From Nitrospirota bacterium (GTDB lineage: Bacteria; Nitrospirota; UBA9217), in assembly GCA_963840455.1 (NCBI GenBank), contig CAWIYV010000004.1, positions 42,770 to 74,769 on the forward strand: 32,000 nt of DNA, read 5' to 3'. Below are positions 27,177 to 32,000 of this stretch, one piece after another. The position numbers and the translations under genes are program-made. The notes beneath the pieces were generated by a model. It was not told the origin of the DNA, made no database searches, and saw only the letters and a program-made list of their open reading frames with translations. Position 1 is the stretch's first letter; each line of letters starts with the position of its first letter.

Positions 27177-27205
27177 ACAATACTCCAACTGCCCGTTCCT
27201 GTCAA
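27177..27205 (-). promoter_or_regulatory. Sigma70-type promoter of the pyrimidine operon
   Basis: Minus strand TTGACA (27205-27200), 17-nt spacer, TATTGT (27182-27177), 32 nt before the PyrR box. Confidence 0.75.
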
Positions 27206-27233
27206 GAGCTTTCTGTGGGCGGCGATGCAGGCC

Positions 27234-27422
27234 TTATGCTTTGGCCGGTGGATCGATCTTCTTCGCCTCCTGCTGTTCCTCGGTGCCCTCGCGCATCCCC
27301 TGCTTGAAGCTCTTGATGGCCTTGCCCAGGCCTTCACCGAGCTGCGGCAGCTTATTCGGGCCGAAGATGATCAGTGCGATCACCAGAATGACCATCATTT
27401 CAGGAAATCCCAGTCCGCCCAT
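27234..27422 (-). CDS. tatA: Sec-independent protein translocase TatA/TatE
   Basis: [43 protein letters not shown]. Confidence 0.95.
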   Translation of the reverse strand: MGGLGFPEMMVILVIALIIFGPNKLPQLGEGLGKAIKSFKQGMREGTEEQQEAKKIDPPAKA

Positions 27423-27800
27423 AAATTTCTCCTCTCGAAGTTTTTCCCTGAACGTATGAAAAATCTGCGCCGACCATCGTTCACGGCTCTAAGCCCGATC
27501 GTCGGAATCCAGCGATCTCGGCACGATGGTGTCGTCGGTCCTCCGGCAGCGGACATGAGCATCCCACCTGCGGGAATCCCCGGCCTGAGAATAGTACACC
27601 TCTTCAAAAACTGCATCAAGGCTTTTTTATGACTTCTCTGCAGGCACCGGGCTGGACGCATGACCGATGACCTGCGCACGTGTCTTGCTGGCGTAGCTCC
27701 TTGCAACGACGTTGCCACAGGGAATTGCGGCAGGACTGTATCGTGGGGAGGTGTTGCGCAGAAGCTGCCGATGAACTGCCCACGGAATCCGCCGTGTGCA

Positions 27801-28364
27801 TCAATTCATCTTCTTCAGATTCTGCAACTGGGCCGTGGCGCGGTCGATGGCCGTTTTTGCCTCCCCGTCGGAGGGATTGAAGACCAGGATCTTTTTCCAT
27901 ATCGCGATAGCCTGTTCAAGGTCCCCAGCCCGGTATTTCATGATGCCGAGCTCCATCAGCATTTTAGAGCAGGCTCCGATCCGCATGGCGAGATAATCGG
28001 CGTCGAAGGAAAGCGCCCTCTGGAGCCGCCGCTTCCCGAAACCGGATTTCAACAGCGTATGGTAGAGTTCGCCGGCCTTCGCATAGTCTCGTGCCTCATA
28101 TTCCTTATCGGCCTTTTCTTTGATGCTTTCCAGCGCCTCCGTGTATGCGTCCAGCAGGTCCTCGTTCCCGGGATGACTGTCAACGGCTGCAGCGTAGATC
28201 TCGATTGCCTTTTTGTAGTTTCCTGAAGACAGGTATGCTTTCGCCTGGTTCACGGTACTGACGTCCTCAGAGCTGGATGGCTGCGGGGGGTGAGCGCAGG
28301 ATGACGCGAGCGAGACGATGGCACTGAGGAGAATAGGACAGAGAATGGATTTCGCTTTGAACAT
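27801..28364 (-). CDS. TPR-containing lipoprotein
   Basis: Lipobox SLASSC; tetratricopeptide-like AKAYLSSGNYKKAIEIYAAAVDSHPGN and YRAGDLEQAIAIWKKILVFNPSD. Confidence 0.75.
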   Translation of the reverse strand: MFKAKSILCPILLSAIVSLASSCAHPPQPSSSEDVSTVNQAKAYLSSGNYKKAIEIYAAAVDSHPGNEDLLDAYTEALESIKEKADKEYEARDYAKAGELYHTLLKSGFGKRRLQRALSFDADYLAMRIGACSKMLMELGIMKYRAGDLEQAIAIWKKILVFNPSDGEAKTAIDRATAQLQNLKKMN

Positions 28365-28367
28365 CGG

Positions 28368-29792
28368 TCAGATCCGGACGAACGACTGCTCGACGGAGGT
28401 CTTGAGCCGTTTCACGATCCGGACGAATATATCCACCAGGCGCGGATCGAACTGCGTGCCTGCGCAAAGGATGATCTCCCGCACGGCATCCGCCTGCGCC
28501 CGGGATGGCCGATAGGGCCGAATCGAGGTCATCGCATCGAAGGCATCGGCAACGGAGATGATGGCTGCATGGAGCGGGATATCTTCTCCACTCAGGCCGT
28601 CAGGATAGCCGTCCCCGTTGAACCACTCGTGGTGGTGTTTCACCGCGGGTATGTACTTGTGGAGAAATGCCGCCCTGCTCAGGATCTGGGCGCCATCTTC
28701 CGTGTGCCTCATGATCTCCTCGTGTTCGTCCCGGTTTAACCTGCCCTCTTTGAACAGCAAGTGGTCCGGCGTTCTCATCTTTCCCACATCATGGAAAAGG
28801 CATGCGATCTCGAGGTCCTCGAGCTCTTTTTTGGAAAGACCGAGCGCTTTGCCCATCTTGAGGGAAAGAACGGCGACGCGGGTCGAATGGCCGTGCGTAT
28901 AGGGATCGCGGGCATCGATCGCCGCTGACAGGACCTTGACCGTAGCAATATAGGCTTGTTCCAATTCCCTGGCATAGTCGCCGAGCTCTGTCCTCTGGCG
29001 TGATATCAGCTCCGTCATTTCATTAAAGCTTGTTGTCAGCGCGCCGAGTTCGTCCCCGGAATAGATCATCAGCGGACGGGTCTTCTTTCCCTCCTTCAGC
29101 TCTTCGACTCCTTTTGCAAGCTCCATGACCGGCCTGGTGATCAACGAAGACATGATGACGATGCTGAGGATCGACAAGGCCAGAACAGCCGCCAGCGCGC
29201 CCAGGATCTGCCGCCGGACCTGGCCCTTTGCCTCAAGCAGGGATGACTTGTTCATCCTGATGATGACGGTGCCGATCTGCTTCTTCTGGAATACGACGGG
29301 GTTGATGATATCGAAATAATCCGCAGTACCGCTCTTGATCTCGTTGACGATCGTATCGCCGCTGTTCCGCATCAGCACGCTGTCCGATACCGGAATGAAG
29401 ACCGTTTCCCGCTTGCCGATATCACTGTGCGCCAGGATCGTCATGCTGTTCCCGACGATCGCCACATACTCCACGTCCGGATTCGCGGACTTTATTTTCG
29501 TTGCGATGGTATCAAGGCCCAGCAGGTCATGAGAAAGGATATTGTAGGACGCCAGTTCGGCGGCGCTTTTGCCGAGAGATTCTGCCCGTTTCATTACCTC
29601 GTCCATGATATGCTGTTCCATGGTCCGCAGGGTAAGCAGGGAGAAAACAATGGTGGTTATGAGCACAAGGAACACGATGAGCATGGACAGTTTAAAGCTC
29701 AGCGTGAAGATGGAAGTCGGCCGCAAAGCCGTCACCTTCTCTTGGAGGAGATCTTTGTCCCTTTCGTGCGTTATCTTCTCAAGTAATCCCAT
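28368..29792 (-). CDS. Membrane HAMP and HD-GYP domain protein, putative c-di-GMP phosphodiesterase
   Basis: Two TM helices, HAMP region, HGHSTRVAVLSLKMG, LFHDVGKMRTPDHLL, HHEWFNGDGYPDGL. Confidence 0.92.
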   Translation of the reverse strand: MGLLEKITHERDKDLLQEKVTALRPTSIFTLSFKLSMLIVFLVLITTIVFSLLTLRTMEQHIMDEVMKRAESLGKSAAELASYNILSHDLLGLDTIATKIKSANPDVEYVAIVGNSMTILAHSDIGKRETVFIPVSDSVLMRNSGDTIVNEIKSGTADYFDIINPVVFQKKQIGTVIIRMNKSSLLEAKGQVRRQILGALAAVLALSILSIVIMSSLITRPVMELAKGVEELKEGKKTRPLMIYSGDELGALTTSFNEMTELISRQRTELGDYARELEQAYIATVKVLSAAIDARDPYTHGHSTRVAVLSLKMGKALGLSKKELEDLEIACLFHDVGKMRTPDHLLFKEGRLNRDEHEEIMRHTEDGAQILSRAAFLHKYIPAVKHHHEWFNGDGYPDGLSGEDIPLHAAIISVADAFDAMTSIRPYRPSRAQADAVREIILCAGTQFDPRLVDIFVRIVKRLKTSVEQSFVRI

Positions 29793-30091
29793 AGTATACA
29801 GGCTGATATCGGTCGATCTCTTTTCTGATGCGCGTAAATAAAAAAAGCTTCTTTCAGAGCAAGGATAGTTATCCCCTGTTCCCCATCGAAAGGATTATGG
29901 CGGTACTGATCGGATGAATGGCCATAACAACAAGAATAGCTCGCCCCATAGTGAGAGTCAAGAGAAAAACCCATATTTTTCGATCAAAAATAATAAAAAG
30001 AACAAGTAGATACGTCGTCCTGAAAAGCAGGATGCTCGGCCATGGCCAGTGAAGTAAGTTACCTGGAGTGCTCATGCACCATTGGACGCGC

Positions 30092-31738
30092 CTATCCTAT
30101 CATTGTGGCGACCCTGTTCCTCCCCGCCTCTTTTGACGCGTAGAGCGCCGTGTCGGCGAGCGTTACGAAGGTGTCAATGTTCTCGACGGGAGCGCAGCAG
30201 CTGGCAACCCCCATGCTGAGCGTGACCCGTACCTGCTTGTTCCAGGGAATCTCGAGGTCCAGACCCTCGACCGTGCGGCGGATCTTTTCCGCAATACGCT
30301 TCGCTCCGGCGAGCGATGTCTCGGGTAGGATGATCATGAACTCGTCACCGCCGTACCGCCCCACGATGTCCGCCTTGCGCAGCGACTTCTGGAGCGCCAT
30401 GGCAACGGACAGGAGCGCACGGTCTCCCGCGGTATGGCCGAAGGAGTCGTTGATATGCTTGAACTTGTCGATGTCGCAAAGGACCAGCGAAAGGTTGGTA
30501 TTATACCGGGTTGCCCGGTCGATCTCGTGTTTCAGCGTGTCATTGAGCGCCCGGCGGTTGAGCAGTCCGGTAAGCCCATCGGTCGTCGACAAATGGTTCA
30601 AGGTGGCGATCATCCGCTTCTTCTCATCTTCCTCTTGCTTCCGGTCGGTGATGTTCCGGGTATATTCGATGACATGCGATACGTTCCCGGCGTGGTCGAA
30701 AATGGGATAGGTGAAGATCTCGATCCACAACGTTGAACCGTCCGACAGCGTCAGCTGCTTCTCCTTTGCGCAGGGATCCTTCGTCTGGAACGTCCTGTCA
30801 ACGATGCATTCATCGCACACGCCGGGCCTGTTGTGCAGCGCCTCGTAGCATTTCTTCCCGAAGAGGTCGCCCGATCGCTTTTCCCGCATGCGCGCGTAGG
30901 CGTCATTGAACTTGATGATCCTGTATTCGTGGTTCACGATGCTGAACGGGTCGTGAATGCTGTCGAAGATGGTGCTCAGAAAGTTCTCCGAACGGCAGAG
31001 CTCTTCCTCGGTCCGCGTCCGGTCGTTGATCTCCCTGCGCAGGACCTCATTGACCGCATGCAGTTCCTTGGTCCGCTCCGTCACCAGGTGCTCCAACTGC
31101 TCACGGTGTTTCCGCAGTTCCTTTTCCGATCTCTTGCGTTCGGTTATATCGCGCAGCAGTCCCACGGCGTGCCATTTCCCCTTGAGCAGAAGCGCGGAGA
31201 GAGAGATCTCGACGGGGAACTCCGGGCCTCCCTTGTGCACCGCCCTCAGTTCGAGCGTCCTGCCGGCGGTCGAATCCAGCCCCGATTCCCGGAACTTGAG
31301 GAAACTCTTCTGATAGGTCCGCAGGTATCGCTGCGGGGCCAGCAAGGCATGCAGTTCCCTGCCGATCGCCTCGTGTGAGGGATACCCAAAGATCCTTTCT
31401 GCAGCGCTGTTCCAGAACGAGATCCTCCCCTCGTGGTCCATCAGAACGATAGCATCGCTGGCCGCGTCGGCGAGTATGAGCAGGGTCTCATTGCTTTCCT
31501 GGGATGCCTTCTGGGCGCGGTTGCGTTTCAGAACGGTCCGGGCGAGGACCACGCCGACGGTGACGAGGCTGGCGATAAAGAGCGATCGGGAGTAGATCTC
31601 ATGGGCGGACAGGTGCAGCAGAAGGACGTCGGAGAAGGCGCCTGTTCGGAAAACAAAGGCATCCATGGCTGCGCCCCATACCCAGAGGGCAAGTGACGCA
31701 ATGCCGATAAGAACTATGGCGAGGCGCTTATTTTTCAT
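30092..31738 (-). CDS. Membrane PAS-PAS-GGDEF diguanylate cyclase
   Basis: Two N-terminal TM helices, PAS domains (AIVLMDHEGRISFWNSAAERIFGY; NHEYRIIKFNDAYARM), DGLTGLLNRRALNDTL, RKADIVGRYGGDEFMIILPET (GGDEF with RxxD I-site). Confidence 0.93.
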   Translation of the reverse strand: MKNKRLAIVLIGIASLALWVWGAAMDAFVFRTGAFSDVLLLHLSAHEIYSRSLFIASLVTVGVVLARTVLKRNRAQKASQESNETLLILADAASDAIVLMDHEGRISFWNSAAERIFGYPSHEAIGRELHALLAPQRYLRTYQKSFLKFRESGLDSTAGRTLELRAVHKGGPEFPVEISLSALLLKGKWHAVGLLRDITERKRSEKELRKHREQLEHLVTERTKELHAVNEVLRREINDRTRTEEELCRSENFLSTIFDSIHDPFSIVNHEYRIIKFNDAYARMREKRSGDLFGKKCYEALHNRPGVCDECIVDRTFQTKDPCAKEKQLTLSDGSTLWIEIFTYPIFDHAGNVSHVIEYTRNITDRKQEEDEKKRMIATLNHLSTTDGLTGLLNRRALNDTLKHEIDRATRYNTNLSLVLCDIDKFKHINDSFGHTAGDRALLSVAMALQKSLRKADIVGRYGGDEFMIILPETSLAGAKRIAEKIRRTVEGLDLEIPWNKQVRVTLSMGVASCCAPVENIDTFVTLADTALYASKEAGRNRVATMIG

Positions 31739-32000
31739 ATAACATTAAATACATGTTCATGCTAAATATTAAAGCATTAGTCATGCCAAGTTAAATCACT
31801 GTATTTATAGATGGTTAGCTGTTTGACAGCCAAGGAACATGTGGCTAAAAGGCTAATATTCGGTAATTATTGTAATAGTAAAGGCTTAGAAGGCGGGGAG
31901 AGACAGGGCTGGGGAAATGCTATTTTCTGCTCGCTTCCATCAATGCCTGGACCGGCTTGAGACTGTACGGGCTTCCATGCTCGATTGCCGTTAGCACGGT

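Noticed and set aside
29869-30075. 68-aa minus-strand hydrophobic ORF (MSTPGNLLHWPWPSILLFRTTYLLVLF...)
   Set aside because: Looks membrane-like, but I could see no clear ribosome site or homology; AT-rich DNA yields hydrophobic frames by chance. Left unannotated.
29793-30091. Spacer between the HD-GYP and GGDEF genes checked for a c-di-GMP (GEMM) riboswitch
   Set aside because: No GEMM-I-like core (GCACAGGGCAAACC) or other riboswitch signature recognised by eye; an Infernal run would settle it.

Overview
This GC-rich 32 kb window is a chromosomal housekeeping region, probably from Nitrospirota, Desulfobacterota or a similar multiheme-cytochrome lineage (taxonomy is inferred). There is no CRISPR array, transposase, phage or recognisable defence cassette. 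Main content: apolipoprotein N-acyltransferase (3' part), an outer-membrane beta-barrel protein, recO, an MBL hydrolase, a DedA protein, era, nadA, rmuC, a cupin, a DUF3786-like protein, kup, a truncated NHL propeller, a six-heme c-type cytochrome lipoprotein, a long pyrimidine operon on the minus strand (pyrR-pyrB-pyrC-metallophosphoesterase-carA-radical SAM-carB-greA-pyrK-pyrD-histidine kinase), tatA, a TPR lipoprotein, an HD-GYP protein and a PAS-PAS-GGDEF protein. The most interesting signal is non-coding. It is a family of ~85-nt intergenic elements: two inverted 27-nt arms, each exactly 3 x 9 nt of NNCGCNGAG, around a 31-32 nt non-conserved centre. There are four strict copies, in which all 24 nonamers match, plus two or three degenerate ones. 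Most sit at gene junctions inside the pyr operon. The operon also has a recognisable sigma70 promoter, a PyrR-binding hairpin and an attenuator upstream of pyrR, an in-frame 66-nt insert in carB, and a heme-motif (CVRCH) sensor kinase overlapping the end of pyrD. A second family of palindromic interspersed repeats occurs between kup and the cytochrome gene and between pyrD and pyrK.
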